61,674 bases of DNA, from IMG/VR virus record IMGVR_UViG_3300028549_000477; one strand, 5' to 3'. The notes beneath the pieces were generated by a model. It searched no databases and had not been told where the DNA came from. It saw only the letters and a list, made by a program, of their open reading frames with translations. Positions within the stretch are counted from its first letter, which is position 1; each line of letters opens with the position of its first letter. The DNA comes from a virus. Shown piece by piece: positions 50,632 through 60,095 of this stretch. The translations under genes were made by a program, and so were the position numbers.

Positions 50632-50789
50632 GCATTTACCATAACTACCCCCGGCCTGCCCCCTCCCCCTCCCCCACCCCCTCCAAGACGGCCAAGGCAC
50701 TCATCACCACCGCCGTAGCCGCTGCGCTCGGTCCCATCGTGGGGATCGTGTTTCTACTAGTCGCCCTTCTCATTCAGGGGGTCCTGTGA
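50628..50789 (+). CDS. Small Pro-rich, C-terminally membrane-anchored protein (53 aa)
   Basis: Hand-translated. ATGA overlap with the upstream gene. PRPAPSPSPTPSK is followed by ALITTAVAAALGPIVGIVFLLVALLI. Confidence 0.4.
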   Translation: MSIYHNYPRPAPSPSPTPSKTAKALITTAVAAALGPIVGIVFLLVALLIQGVL

Positions 50790-50917
50790 TCCTCTCCATC
50801 GACACCCTGCGCGGAACGGCTATCCGCATCTGGCTGCCCCGCTGGGCCAACGAGTTTATGCCGTGTTTCTGGAACCCTTCTTCTGGGAGAACATTCGATG
50901 TCTATGTCGGGTACTGA
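50786..50917 (+). CDS. Doubtful 43-aa ORF
   Basis: GTG start in a GTGA overlap. It fills a 108-nt gap. No motif was recognised. Confidence 0.25.
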   Translation: MILSIDTLRGTAIRIWLPRWANEFMPCFWNPSSGRTFDVYVGY

Positions 50918-51170
50918 TCTGCCAACTGCCGAATGCCCCTTCTGCGGCGCCCCCCACATTCGGCTTGAGTTTCAATATTGCTACGAGGGGGATGAGAAAG
51001 AGGCCAGCGAGGGGTATGTGCGCTGCATGACTTGTGAGGCCAGCGGTCCCATCGTGCAGGCCCCCTTCAACGAGGACATCGTTTCGATGGCCTACGCGAA
51101 ATGGAACGCCCGCTCTCCCGCCAGCCCCCTCCTTCGCGCTGCCCACGGTCTTCTGGAGAATGGTCTATGA
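50898..51170 (+). CDS. Lar-family restriction-alleviation-like zinc-ribbon protein
   Basis: CPFCGAPH ... VRCMTCEASGP ... AYAKWNARS follows the Lar-type pattern CPFCG ... C..C ... WN.R. Confidence 0.6.
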   Translation: MSMSGTDLPTAECPFCGAPHIRLEFQYCYEGDEKEASEGYVRCMTCEASGPIVQAPFNEDIVSMAYAKWNARSPASPLLRAAHGLLENGL

Positions 51171-51748
51171 AAATCACAGTACGCCAACTGGTCGGATGGC
51201 CAGAAGCTCTCTCGGCTGCCCGCGTCACCGTCTGGAAGGGCCGCCTCCCTGATGGGAAAGAGCCCAGCACCAAGTTCCGCCACGACACCGTGGTCTCCGA
51301 ACACTCTCATCTCAGAGAAGTCACATTCGTGGTCGAGATCGAGGGGATCAAGAGCTGGATCGTCACTCATTTCGTGCGCCACCACATCGGGATCGAGAAG
51401 TATGTGGCCACCCAGCGCGACGACCGGCACGCCTCCACCGTTCCCCGCGACGAGCTCCCGCAGGGGGCGCTGGTCAATGTGCGCTTCACGCTGAATGCCC
51501 AGGCATTTCTCTCGATCAGCCATCGGCGCCTCTGTCACGCTGCGCATCCGGAAACCCGGATGGTCTGGCAGCGGATCATCGCCAAGCTCACCGCCATCGA
51601 CCCTGCGCTGGCCAAGGCGTGCGTCCCGGCGTGCGTCTACCGGGGCTTCTGTCCCGAGCCATGCCCCCAACGCGACACCTGCCAACTGAAATGGAAGGGA
51701 TGGCGCCGTAGTTACGAAAATTTCATGCTCGGAGGAGCAAATGGGTAA
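51167..51748 (+). CDS. ThyX-fold (flavin-dependent thymidylate synthase-like) protein with a non-canonical signature
   Basis: SEHSHLREVTFVVEIEGIKSWIVTHFVRHH and NAQAFLSISHRRLCHAAHPETR align to ThyX blocks. The canonical RHRxxS ... SxRY signature reads RHHIGI ... ATQRD here. 193 aa. Confidence 0.6.
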   Translation: MKITVRQLVGWPEALSAARVTVWKGRLPDGKEPSTKFRHDTVVSEHSHLREVTFVVEIEGIKSWIVTHFVRHHIGIEKYVATQRDDRHASTVPRDELPQGALVNVRFTLNAQAFLSISHRRLCHAAHPETRMVWQRIIAKLTAIDPALAKACVPACVYRGFCPEPCPQRDTCQLKWKGWRRSYENFMLGGANG

Positions 51749-53108
51749 TCCAGCAAGGTTCAAGAAGCCGAAGATCAAGCCGTTTGAGATGGAGCGGGGC
51801 GAAGTCACCACTTCCACGGGCAAGACCTTCACCATCAAGTACCTCTCCCCCGACTCGCTCATTCCCTACGAGCGGAACACCAAAATCCACGACCAAGCTC
51901 AGATCGCGAAGCTCAAAGCCTCCATCAAGGAGTACGACTTCGATCAGCCCATCGTCGTAGACGACGAGATGGTCATCATCAAGGGCCACGGCCGGCATCT
52001 GGCTGCGATGTCGCTTGGAATGCAGAAGGTGCCGGTGATCGTGCGCACCGACCTCACCCCCCAGCAGGTGAAGGCGGCCCGTATCGCCGACAATAAGATC
52101 TCCATCTCTACCGGGATGGACGACGAGATGCTAATGCTCGAAGTCGAAGACCTTCAGCAATTCGGTGACGACCTAGACGCATTTACGGAAGGCTTCACCG
52201 CCGAACTCATCGGCTTCGGCGAGAAGGAGCTGGCCGACCTGCAAGCTGAGATCGCCGCCCGCGATGCGATGGCCGCGGCTGAGCAGCAGGACGATGCCGA
52301 CGACAAAGTTCCGGAAGTTCCCAAGGATGCCATCACCAAGCCTGGGGATGTGATCCTCATGGGCAAGCACCGGCTGGTCTGCGGCAGCAGCACGGACCCT
52401 GACCATCTCCAGCTTCTTCTGGGAGATGAGACTGTCGATCAGCTCGTCACCGATCCGCCCTACGGCGTTGATTACAAGGACAAGCAGAAGTTCATGCGCC
52501 GCGCCCAAGAGAAGTATGAGCGTGAGGCCAAGGACATCAAGAACGATGCCATCGAAGACTATCACCAGTTCTTCACCGAGTTCCTCTCAATCATTCCCTT
52601 CAGTGAGAAGAACAACATTCACATCGCGATGGCCAGCACCCAGCTGCACCACCTCTGCAACGCGATGGAGGACTGCGGGATCGTCTTCAACGACATCCTC
52701 GTTTGGCTGAAGAATGCTCCGGTGCCGTGCCGTAAGGACCATAACTCTTCACACGAACTAGTTGTGTTCGGGTGGAAGGGGAGCCACGAGTTCTTCGGCG
52801 GCATGGACCAGACCACCATCTACAAGCACGACCGCCCCAAGAAGAACGACATCCACCCGACGATGAAGCCGATTGGGCTCTTCACCGAGTTCATCAAGGA
52901 AGGCTCCAAAGCCGGGGCCATCGTCTACGATGCGTTCGGCGGCAGCGGGACCACTCTGATCGCCTGCGAGCAGACCGGCAGGCAGGCTCGGTTGATGGAA
53001 CTCTCGCCCAACTACTGCGATGTGATCGTCTCGCGCTGGGAAACCTTGACCGGCAAGAAGTCAGAACGCCTGTCCTCTGAGGAATGGGAGGCCCGTCGTG
53101 GCGATTGA
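51741..53108 (+). CDS. ParB-like nuclease domain fused to a DNA methyltransferase (N6-adenine/N4-cytosine type)
   Basis: IIKGHGRHLAA (ParB-type GxxR). TDPPYG and AFGGSGTT are the methyltransferase catalytic and AdoMet motifs. Confidence 0.85.
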   Translation: MGNPARFKKPKIKPFEMERGEVTTSTGKTFTIKYLSPDSLIPYERNTKIHDQAQIAKLKASIKEYDFDQPIVVDDEMVIIKGHGRHLAAMSLGMQKVPVIVRTDLTPQQVKAARIADNKISISTGMDDEMLMLEVEDLQQFGDDLDAFTEGFTAELIGFGEKELADLQAEIAARDAMAAAEQQDDADDKVPEVPKDAITKPGDVILMGKHRLVCGSSTDPDHLQLLLGDETVDQLVTDPPYGVDYKDKQKFMRRAQEKYEREAKDIKNDAIEDYHQFFTEFLSIIPFSEKNNIHIAMASTQLHHLCNAMEDCGIVFNDILVWLKNAPVPCRKDHNSSHELVVFGWKGSHEFFGGMDQTTIYKHDRPKKNDIHPTMKPIGLFTEFIKEGSKAGAIVYDAFGGSGTTLIACEQTGRQARLMELSPNYCDVIVSRWETLTGKKSERLSSEEWEARRGD

Positions 53109-53808
53109 ACTGAAGCCTAAGAAGAACGCCAAGCCCAAGCCCGGCAAGCTCACGGACATGATGCTCCAAGAGCTTGATAATCTGTTCATCTACGGCTTCA
53201 CCCACCGTGGGAAGCAGATGCACATCTTCCCCTCTATGGCCGAGCTGCATGAGGAGCTGTGTCACCGCTGGGGTGCCGAGATGGTCCCCAGTCGTGCGGC
53301 TCTCTCATCCCTGGCCGAAGGAAGGACCCTGCCCCTCCGGCGGGCCGACTACCGGGAACAGCTCAAGCAGGCCGAGCGGGCAAAGCGCATTTCCGAAATG
53401 AGCGAGCGCGGGGCCAACTTCGACAATGAGTGCCTGAAGGTGGCCGAGATCGGGATCAACCACATCAAGGCCCACTTCGCCGCTTCCATTCAGAGAAAGC
53501 AGCCGGTCGAGATCGGGAACCTAGAAAGAATGTCGAAGGCGCTGCACAAGTTCCAGCTGGTCGGCCGCATGGCACTTGGGGACACATCCGACGATCTTCT
53601 AAACAAGCTGAACACATCTTCAGTGGACCTCGACAATCTCTCGAAGGACGAGCTGGCCGAACTCAACAAGATGATGACCAAGGCTACCAAGGAAGCCCAG
53701 AAGTTCATGTCTGGGATGGTGTCCTCTGAAGAGTCCTCTGAAGAAGAGAGCGACGAGGACAAGGTTGATGAGCTTGTTGAGCAACTGGAACAAGAGGACC
53801 AAGAATGA
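53098..53808 (+). CDS. Putative small terminase subunit (by position)
   Basis: GTG follows GGAGG. 236 aa with an acidic C-terminal tail. It lies directly upstream of, and overlaps, the large terminase gene. No motif was recognised. Confidence 0.4.
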   Translation: MAIELKPKKNAKPKPGKLTDMMLQELDNLFIYGFTHRGKQMHIFPSMAELHEELCHRWGAEMVPSRAALSSLAEGRTLPLRRADYREQLKQAERAKRISEMSERGANFDNECLKVAEIGINHIKAHFAASIQRKQPVEIGNLERMSKALHKFQLVGRMALGDTSDDLLNKLNTSSVDLDNLSKDELAELNKMMTKATKEAQKFMSGMVSSEESSEEESDEDKVDELVEQLEQEDQE

Positions 53809-55229
53809 GCAACTCCATCCAGCAACTACTTGACCCGGCAAAGGTCCAACAGGCCCTATGCCGAAAGGACCTTCTCACTTATGTGGAAGGTTCGTCCACA
53901 AACTACGATGCTGGGTGGGTCCACAAGGATATTTGCAACCGTCTGGAGAAATTCAGTCGGGATGTCTTGGCCAAGAAGTCGCCCCGGCTGATGCTCTTCA
54001 TCCCCCCTCGGCACGGCAAGTCGAAGATCGCTTCCGAAGGGTTCCCGGTGTGGCACATCGGCAACGAGCCCTCGCAGTCAATCATCACCGCCTCTTACTC
54101 GGCCGACCTCTCGACCTCATTCTCCAAGAAGGCGCTTGCGCTGGCCCAGGATGATTTTAGCCAAGCCGTGTTCCCCAAGATGACGCTCGACGAGAACTCG
54201 CAGCGCCAGAACGAATGGCAGACCACCAAAGGCGGCGGCTACAAGGCGGTAGGCGTGGGGGGCTCGCTCACAGGCCACGGGGCCAACATCCTCATCATCG
54301 ACGACCCGGTGAAGGACTGGGAAGAGGCCATCTCCCAGCGCCAGCGCGACAAGGTTTGGGACTGGTGGACCTCCACCGCCTACACCCGGTTGATGCCGGG
54401 CGGCGGGGTGATCGTCATTATGACCCGCTGGCACGAAGATGATTTGGCCGGCCGGCTCATCAAGTTGATGGAAGAGAATGCTCACGACCCACATTCGGAC
54501 AAGTGGGAGATCGTGGAGTACCCGGCCATCGCCGAAAGGGATGAAGAACACCGGAAGAAGGGGGAGCCCCTGCATCCCTCCCGGTTCCCGCTCAGCAAGC
54601 TGAAGAACATTCAGTCTGCCGTGGGTGATCGCGTCTGGACATCACTCTATCAACAGAAGCCCCGCCCCGACTCGGGCCGCTACATGAGCCGCGCTTGGTT
54701 CAAGAGGATGCACCCATCCCAGTTGCCCGCCGGGCTCAAGTGGGTGCGGGCATGGGACTTGGCCGTGCAGGCCACCACCAGCGCCGACTACACCGCCAGC
54801 GCGAGGGTGGCCATCGGGGAACTCGGAGACATCTTCATCTCAGGAATGGTGCGGTACAAGAAACTTTGGGGGGCCTCCAAGCAGTTCATCGTGCAGACCG
54901 CTATTCGCGAGCGGGTCCCGCTGGGCGTCGAAGCGGTCGGCGCGATGGCGATTGCTGCGGAAGAAATCCGCTCCGCCTTGCGCGGGGAGTGCATCGTGAA
55001 AGACATCAAGACCACCAAGGACAAGCTGACGCGGGCATTGCGGTGGATCGACAAGGCCGAAGCAGGCAAGGTTTATCTGGTAGAAGATGGCGACTGGATC
55101 GAAGGATTTTTGGATGAGTGCGAAGCCTTCGACCCCATTGCCGACTCGCACAAGGACGACCAAGTTGACGCCGTTTCGCTCGGGGTTGAGATGGTCCACG
55201 CCAGAAGAACACCAAGAATTATCACCTAA
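53805..55229 (+). CDS. terL: Terminase large subunit
   Basis: Walker A PPRHGKSK, Walker B ILIIDDP and MTRWHEDD. The C-terminal region looks like a nuclease domain (DQVDAVS). Confidence 0.9.
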   Translation: MSNSIQQLLDPAKVQQALCRKDLLTYVEGSSTNYDAGWVHKDICNRLEKFSRDVLAKKSPRLMLFIPPRHGKSKIASEGFPVWHIGNEPSQSIITASYSADLSTSFSKKALALAQDDFSQAVFPKMTLDENSQRQNEWQTTKGGGYKAVGVGGSLTGHGANILIIDDPVKDWEEAISQRQRDKVWDWWTSTAYTRLMPGGGVIVIMTRWHEDDLAGRLIKLMEENAHDPHSDKWEIVEYPAIAERDEEHRKKGEPLHPSRFPLSKLKNIQSAVGDRVWTSLYQQKPRPDSGRYMSRAWFKRMHPSQLPAGLKWVRAWDLAVQATTSADYTASARVAIGELGDIFISGMVRYKKLWGASKQFIVQTAIRERVPLGVEAVGAMAIAAEEIRSALRGECIVKDIKTTKDKLTRALRWIDKAEAGKVYLVEDGDWIEGFLDECEAFDPIADSHKDDQVDAVSLGVEMVHARRTPRIIT

Positions 55230-55284
55230 CCCGAACTTTCTTCTAGATTTGGGTGTATAATAACTGCATTGAGCAGGAGCGCAG

Positions 55285-57474
55285 ATGGGTCTCTTCAACA
55301 TCTTCTCCGGAAAACGCAAGAGCTACGATGCTCCCGCACAACCTGTCGAAAATATTTGGCAGGTTGCACGCCTAGGGGCCGTGGGCAGCGTGCAGTACGC
55401 CTTCATCGAGAATATCTGGACCCACGCTGCCATCAAGGCCATCTCGACGAACATTGCGAGCGTGCCGTTCAAGCTGCGGCGTGCCAAGGCCAACGGGATG
55501 CCGGGCCGCGACATCTTCGATCCGATGAACCCGTGGGTGCGTCTCTTTGACAACCCCAACCCTTCCTTCGACAATGCCCAGCTCTGGAAAGCCACATCCA
55601 CCTACTATGAGGCTGAAGGGCAGGCGTTCTGGGTGCTGCGCAATGCAGGGGGCGCCCTCATCTCCTCCAGAGAAGAAGTGCCTTCGATCATCGAAGTGGT
55701 CGGACCGCGGCAAGTTCAGCCCGTGATGAACGGGCTCTCGCGGTACCCCGTTGGTTGGAACTACACGGACGGCGTGCAGACCGAGGCGCTCGAAGACTTC
55801 CAGATGCTCCGCTTCTATGAGTTCAACCCCCTGCGCCCCGAGCGCGGGGTCTCCCCTGCTTTGGTGGCCAGCCTCTCCATTGGCATCGACCAGAAGGCCC
55901 ACACCTACAACGACAAGTTCTTCAAGAATGGCGGGCAAATTCCCGGCTACCTTCTGGACGAGAACAAGGACTCCGAGCTTAGCGATGAACAAGGCAAAGG
56001 CATTATCCGCAGCTGGATGGCCCAGTTCGCCGGCCTTGGAAATGCCCACCGGACTCCCCTGCTCACCAACGGGGTGAAGTTCGTCCCCACCGGCACCAAC
56101 CAAAAGGACATGGACTTCCAGAACCTCGTGCTGACTTTGCGCGACGAAATTCTGGCTGCATTCAATGTCCCTAAGAACCAAGTCGGCGTGTTCGACGGCA
56201 TGAACTACGCCAACTCGAAGGTGGCCGACCGCCAGTTCTACACCAACAACCTCATCCCCAAGATGCGCTACTTCGCCTCCGTGGTGAACTCCAAGCTCCT
56301 CTACGGGAAGGGGTACGAAGTCTACTTCGACCTCGAAAGCATCGACAGTCTCAAGGATGCCCGCGACCAGCGCGCACGCAGCGCCAAGTCGCTCTTCGAC
56401 ATGGGCTTCCCCTTGAACAACATCAACGATGTGCTCGAACTCGGAATGGACCGGATCAAGGACCCTTGGGCCAACGAAGCCATCGACCTTCGCGAAGAGC
56501 AGATGGAGAAGGAAGAGAGCAACCCGGACGGGCAGCCCGACGAAGCCGAGAACGGAGACGGCAAGGACCCCTCTAATGGGGACGAACACCCCCCGGCTGA
56601 CAAGAACCCCAATCCCAAGGCGGCGCAAGATGCAGGGATTTTCGGCAGAGCATTCGACGGCATTGCTGATCTCGTGTTCCGAACTGGCGAGAATGCAGCT
56701 GCTCCTAGTGCGGCCCCCGCAGCGCCAGCCGCTCCCCTTCAGGAAATTGATGGGGCTACCAGTGCAGAAGCCTTTGATGCCGAGGTCTCCAGCCCTGTTG
56801 CGCGGAAGCTGCGCCCGAAGATCGTCTCCACCTTGACCAAGATGCGCAACGACCAGCTCGCCCGCCTCGAAAAAGTTCGCCCCACATCGGTCGATCAGAT
56901 CGAGGAATGCCTGTTCGACCAAAAGGCTTGGGCCGACTACCACATTGCCATCTGCCAAACTTTCGGGAGTGAGGCCGCCGGGCTCGCCACCGACTTCACC
57001 GCCAAGGAGCTTGACTCTCTGGGGATGGAGCTGGAGCTTGGCGACGACGAAGCCGACTGCATCGAAACCGCGAGCGAGGCCGCTGCCAGTGTTGACTTGA
57101 TGGTGGCCCCCCTCCGCCTCCGTCTGCTGAATGTGCTCACAGACGGTATCTCCTCGGGCAAGCCCTTGACCGAGTTGAAGGAGCTGGTGCGCGGCGAGTT
57201 CAAGGCCGCCCTGTCCGTTTCCGCCACGATGGCCCACACCGAAGTGATGCGCTGCGCCCAAGCTGCGCGCATGGAAGTGATGCGAATGGCTGGGTGCGAG
57301 AAGGTCTGGAAGACCGGCTGCCAGACCTCCCGCCACGAGAAATTTGGCCAGACGGGCCAGCATGAACTAGATTTTGTGTACAAGGATGGCCTTTCGCATC
57401 CCTGCGACTCTCGGGCCAACTACTCTGAGATCGTCGGTTGCAAGTGCCACATCATCCCAGCGAGGAAGAAATGA
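55285..57474 (+). CDS. Portal protein fused to a Mu F / SPP1 gp7-like head morphogenesis domain
   Basis: The N-terminal 400 aa or so look portal-like (HK97 type). An acidic and Pro/Ala-rich linker follows. The C-terminus ends in VGCKCHIIP, which resembles the Mu F-family PxCRC motif. Confidence 0.8.
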   Translation: MGLFNIFSGKRKSYDAPAQPVENIWQVARLGAVGSVQYAFIENIWTHAAIKAISTNIASVPFKLRRAKANGMPGRDIFDPMNPWVRLFDNPNPSFDNAQLWKATSTYYEAEGQAFWVLRNAGGALISSREEVPSIIEVVGPRQVQPVMNGLSRYPVGWNYTDGVQTEALEDFQMLRFYEFNPLRPERGVSPALVASLSIGIDQKAHTYNDKFFKNGGQIPGYLLDENKDSELSDEQGKGIIRSWMAQFAGLGNAHRTPLLTNGVKFVPTGTNQKDMDFQNLVLTLRDEILAAFNVPKNQVGVFDGMNYANSKVADRQFYTNNLIPKMRYFASVVNSKLLYGKGYEVYFDLESIDSLKDARDQRARSAKSLFDMGFPLNNINDVLELGMDRIKDPWANEAIDLREEQMEKEESNPDGQPDEAENGDGKDPSNGDEHPPADKNPNPKAAQDAGIFGRAFDGIADLVFRTGENAAAPSAAPAAPAAPLQEIDGATSAEAFDAEVSSPVARKLRPKIVSTLTKMRNDQLARLEKVRPTSVDQIEECLFDQKAWADYHIAICQTFGSEAAGLATDFTAKELDSLGMELELGDDEADCIETASEAAASVDLMVAPLRLRLLNVLTDGISSGKPLTELKELVRGEFKAALSVSATMAHTEVMRCAQAARMEVMRMAGCEKVWKTGCQTSRHEKFGQTGQHELDFVYKDGLSHPCDSRANYSEIVGCKCHIIPARKK

Positions 57475-58457
57475 AGGGACTGCTGAAGAGTATCGGTGTC
57501 GACCGTACCGAGGGCGTCGTCCAGAATGAGGACGGCACCGAGACTGTCGAGAAAATCTTCGGGGCAGCCGCAGTCAAGGACTTCGCGCTTTCCGATGATG
57601 AGTACAAGTTGCTCTGCGAACAGAACGGGTATGCCCCCGAGCCCGCCGCTGGCGAAAAGGCCGAGGCAACCACTGGCGACAAGCCGGTGCTGATGCGCAG
57701 CCGCATCCACACCTTCCGCGGCTCCGATGAGACCAAGGACGGTATGGGCGACATCATCCGTGTCGAAGGATGGCGCCTGGAGCGGTTTATGAAGAACCCC
57801 GTCTTCCTCGCCCAGCATGAAAGCTGGGATATGCCCGTGGGCCGCGCTCTCCGCGTCTGGAAAGAGACTGCTGATGCTGGAGCGCCCGGGGGCAAGAGCC
57901 TGATGTTCCGGATCTATTTCCCCGCCGGGGTCAGCGAGAAGGTCGATGCGATGCACGAGCTCTACAAGAGCGGCATCCTCTCCGCCGTCTCGGTGGGCTT
58001 CATCGGGCTGAAGGCCAACTATCCCAAGGACGAAGCCGAACGCCAAGCCCTCGGCTTGGGCAAGTATGGCGTGGAGTTCCTTGAACAAGAATTGCTTGAG
58101 CTCTCTGGAGTGACCATTCCGGCCAACTCCAATGCCGTGAAGGTCAAGAGCCTTCACGAGAAAGAGCTTTGTGCGAAGATCGGTGTCCCTGCCGAAGTCG
58201 ATGCTGGCGCTGTGACTGAGCCCGGTATCATTGAACGAATGGATGCGCTTGAAAAGGCGTTTGTAGCGATGACCGAGAACATCGGCAAGCTACTCCTGCT
58301 CTCAGAGAGCATCCAGAAGTCGGTCCACACAGTAGGTCACGACGGCGGTACGGAGGGCAATGCCCAGCATTCCGAACCAGAAGCCGCTCCCGCTGCCGAT
58401 GTGTTTGAACTGGCGAAAGCATTTGCCACTTCCATTCATCCTCAGAAGAAGGAGTGA
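57471..58457 (+). CDS. HK97-family prohead protease (S78)
   Basis: ATGA overlap with the portal gene. Motifs are AQHESWDMPVGR, SVGF and ELSGVTIPANSNAV. Confidence 0.85.
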   Translation: MKGLLKSIGVDRTEGVVQNEDGTETVEKIFGAAAVKDFALSDDEYKLLCEQNGYAPEPAAGEKAEATTGDKPVLMRSRIHTFRGSDETKDGMGDIIRVEGWRLERFMKNPVFLAQHESWDMPVGRALRVWKETADAGAPGGKSLMFRIYFPAGVSEKVDAMHELYKSGILSAVSVGFIGLKANYPKDEAERQALGLGKYGVEFLEQELLELSGVTIPANSNAVKVKSLHEKELCAKIGVPAEVDAGAVTEPGIIERMDALEKAFVAMTENIGKLLLLSESIQKSVHTVGHDGGTEGNAQHSEPEAAPAADVFELAKAFATSIHPQKKE

Positions 58458-58460
58458 GTT

Positions 58461-59690
58461 ATGAAACTCTCCGCCGAAGAACAAGCCAAGTTGGACGAAG
58501 TACGCATTGCCCTTGAGCCCTCGATCAAGGCTATGGTCGAAGCTGGTCATCTCAAGGCTGAAGAAGCCACCAAGCGTCTTGATGAAGCCGTCACGGCTCT
58601 CGTCAACGATGTGAAGTCCCTCAAGGACAAGCACTCCGTCAAGGACCCGCAGGGTCTTGACATCGAGACCGCCAAGAAGTTCTCGTTCGCCAAGGCCGCC
58701 TATGCGCTGGCCACGAAGAACTGGGGCAAGGCCGGGTTCGAGCATGAAATCCTTGAGCAGACCGCCAAGGCTCAGACCATCGACCCCAGCACCGCTGGTG
58801 GCGTGATGGTTCCCACGATGGTCGCCCAGGACATCATCGAGCGCCTCCAGGCTCGCGCAGTCTTGCTCCAGATGGGTGCTTCCCGTCTGAACTTGACCGG
58901 CGTTGGCAAGATGGACTTCCCCCGCCAGACCGGCAGTGCTACTGCCCTGTGGTTGGGTGAACTCGGTGAAATCACCGAGTCCAGCTTGGTGTTCGACAAG
59001 ATCACCCTCGACCCCAAGAAGGTCGCTGCGATGGTCCGGATGTCCAAGGAGCTCATCGCCGATGCGAACCAGAGCGTCGAGCAGATCGTTCGCAACGATC
59101 TGGCCACCCAGCTCGCGCTGGCCATCGACCTCAAGGGTCTGTTGGGCGATGGTACTCTCGATACCCCGGTTGGTATCTTGAACACCGCCGGTATCAGCAC
59201 CTACACTGCTACCGATGGTACCCCCGCCACCTACCCCACCTTCGATGCGCTGATCGGGAAGCTCGAAGACGAGAACGCCCTCATGGGTCGCCTCGGCTTC
59301 GTCAGCCATCCCACTGTGTTCCGTGCTCTGCGTCAGCAGACCGTGGCGCAGTACAGCGGTCAGCCCGCAGCCGAAGGCCAGCCCATCTTCCTGCCCATCC
59401 TCTCGGATGCTCGCTTGCAGGAAGCTCTCGGGTACAACATCGGCAAGACCACCTTGCTGCCCACCAATGGCACCAAGGGCAATGGCACCAACCTCACCAA
59501 GCTCATCTTCGGCAACTTCGAAGACCTGCTGTTCGCGCAGTGGGGCGGCTTGGAGCTGGATGCTTCCGATGTGGCTGGCGACAACTTCGCCAAGTACAGC
59601 GTGCAGATGCGTGCCGTGGCTCGCGTTGACTGGGGCGTGCGTCGGCCCAAGTCGTTCGCCGTCGCGACCGACCAAGCCACTAGCCTGTAA
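58461..59690 (+). CDS. HK97-fold major capsid protein
   Basis: 409 aa. The N-terminus looks like a coiled-coil delta domain, followed by IDPSTAGGVMVPTMVAQDIIERL. The gene follows the protease gene. Confidence 0.9.
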   Translation: MKLSAEEQAKLDEVRIALEPSIKAMVEAGHLKAEEATKRLDEAVTALVNDVKSLKDKHSVKDPQGLDIETAKKFSFAKAAYALATKNWGKAGFEHEILEQTAKAQTIDPSTAGGVMVPTMVAQDIIERLQARAVLLQMGASRLNLTGVGKMDFPRQTGSATALWLGELGEITESSLVFDKITLDPKKVAAMVRMSKELIADANQSVEQIVRNDLATQLALAIDLKGLLGDGTLDTPVGILNTAGISTYTATDGTPATYPTFDALIGKLEDENALMGRLGFVSHPTVFRALRQQTVAQYSGQPAAEGQPIFLPILSDARLQEALGYNIGKTTLLPTNGTKGNGTNLTKLIFGNFEDLLFAQWGGLELDASDVAGDNFAKYSVQMRAVARVDWGVRRPKSFAVATDQATSL

Positions 59691-59705
59691 CCATCACCCC
59701 AATCT

Positions 59706-59741
59706 GGCCCTCTCCTCCGATGGGAGGGGAGGGCCTTTTTT
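59706..59741 (+). terminator. Rho-independent terminator/attenuator after the capsid gene
   Basis: Stem GGCCCTCTCCTCC / GGGAGGGGAGGGCC (13 bp, one G-U pair), loop GATG, T6 run. Confidence 0.8.
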
Positions 59742-59755
59742 CAAGGAGCCACACC

Positions 59756-60094
59756 ATGAAGTTCATCGTTCGCGAAGGCTACGCCTACTTCAAGAAAGGC
59801 CAGAAGGCCCCCATCCCTGCCGGCCAGACGGTCGAGCTGGACGACATTCACGAAGGCGACCAAGCATGGAAGCTGGAGCCTGTTGGCGACGAAGAAATTG
59901 TCGTGGCCCCCGGCGACAAGGTGGGCTTGGTCCACGAAGACGGCTCCGTGACCGATGCGGTGGTCACTGAGGACGGCGGGATCAAAGACCTTGGTACTGA
60001 GGTAGATTTGGGCAAAGAGGCCGTAGAGGCCCCCGTAGAGGCCAAGCAAGGCATTCAACTATTCGGCAAGAAGAACGGCAAGAAGGGGAAGTAA
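59756..60094 (+). CDS. Hypothetical head-associated protein
   Basis: ATG follows AAGGAG. 112 aa with a basic C-terminal tail (KKNGKKGK). Confidence 0.5.
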   Translation: MKFIVREGYAYFKKGQKAPIPAGQTVELDDIHEGDQAWKLEPVGDEEIVVAPGDKVGLVHEDGSVTDAVVTEDGGIKDLGTEVDLGKEAVEAPVEAKQGIQLFGKKNGKKGK

Positions 60095-60095
60095 G

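Noticed and set aside
55233-55261. A promoter between the terminase and portal genes (TATAAT at 55256-55261).
   Set aside because: The -10 is perfect. However, no TTG-type -35 lies at 16-18 nt (GAACTT at best), and the TG is adjacent rather than in the extended -10 register. That is too weak to list as a feature.
55372-57363. Very long minus-strand ORFs, for example 663 aa at 55372..57363, 480 aa at 831..2273, 457 aa at 58302..59675 and 339 aa at 15801..16820.
   Set aside because: Each lies antisense to a + strand gene with clear motifs (portal, tail, capsid, fibre). Their products are Arg/Gly/Leu/His-rich with no motifs and no RBS. This is the usual shadow-ORF effect in GC-rich coding DNA.
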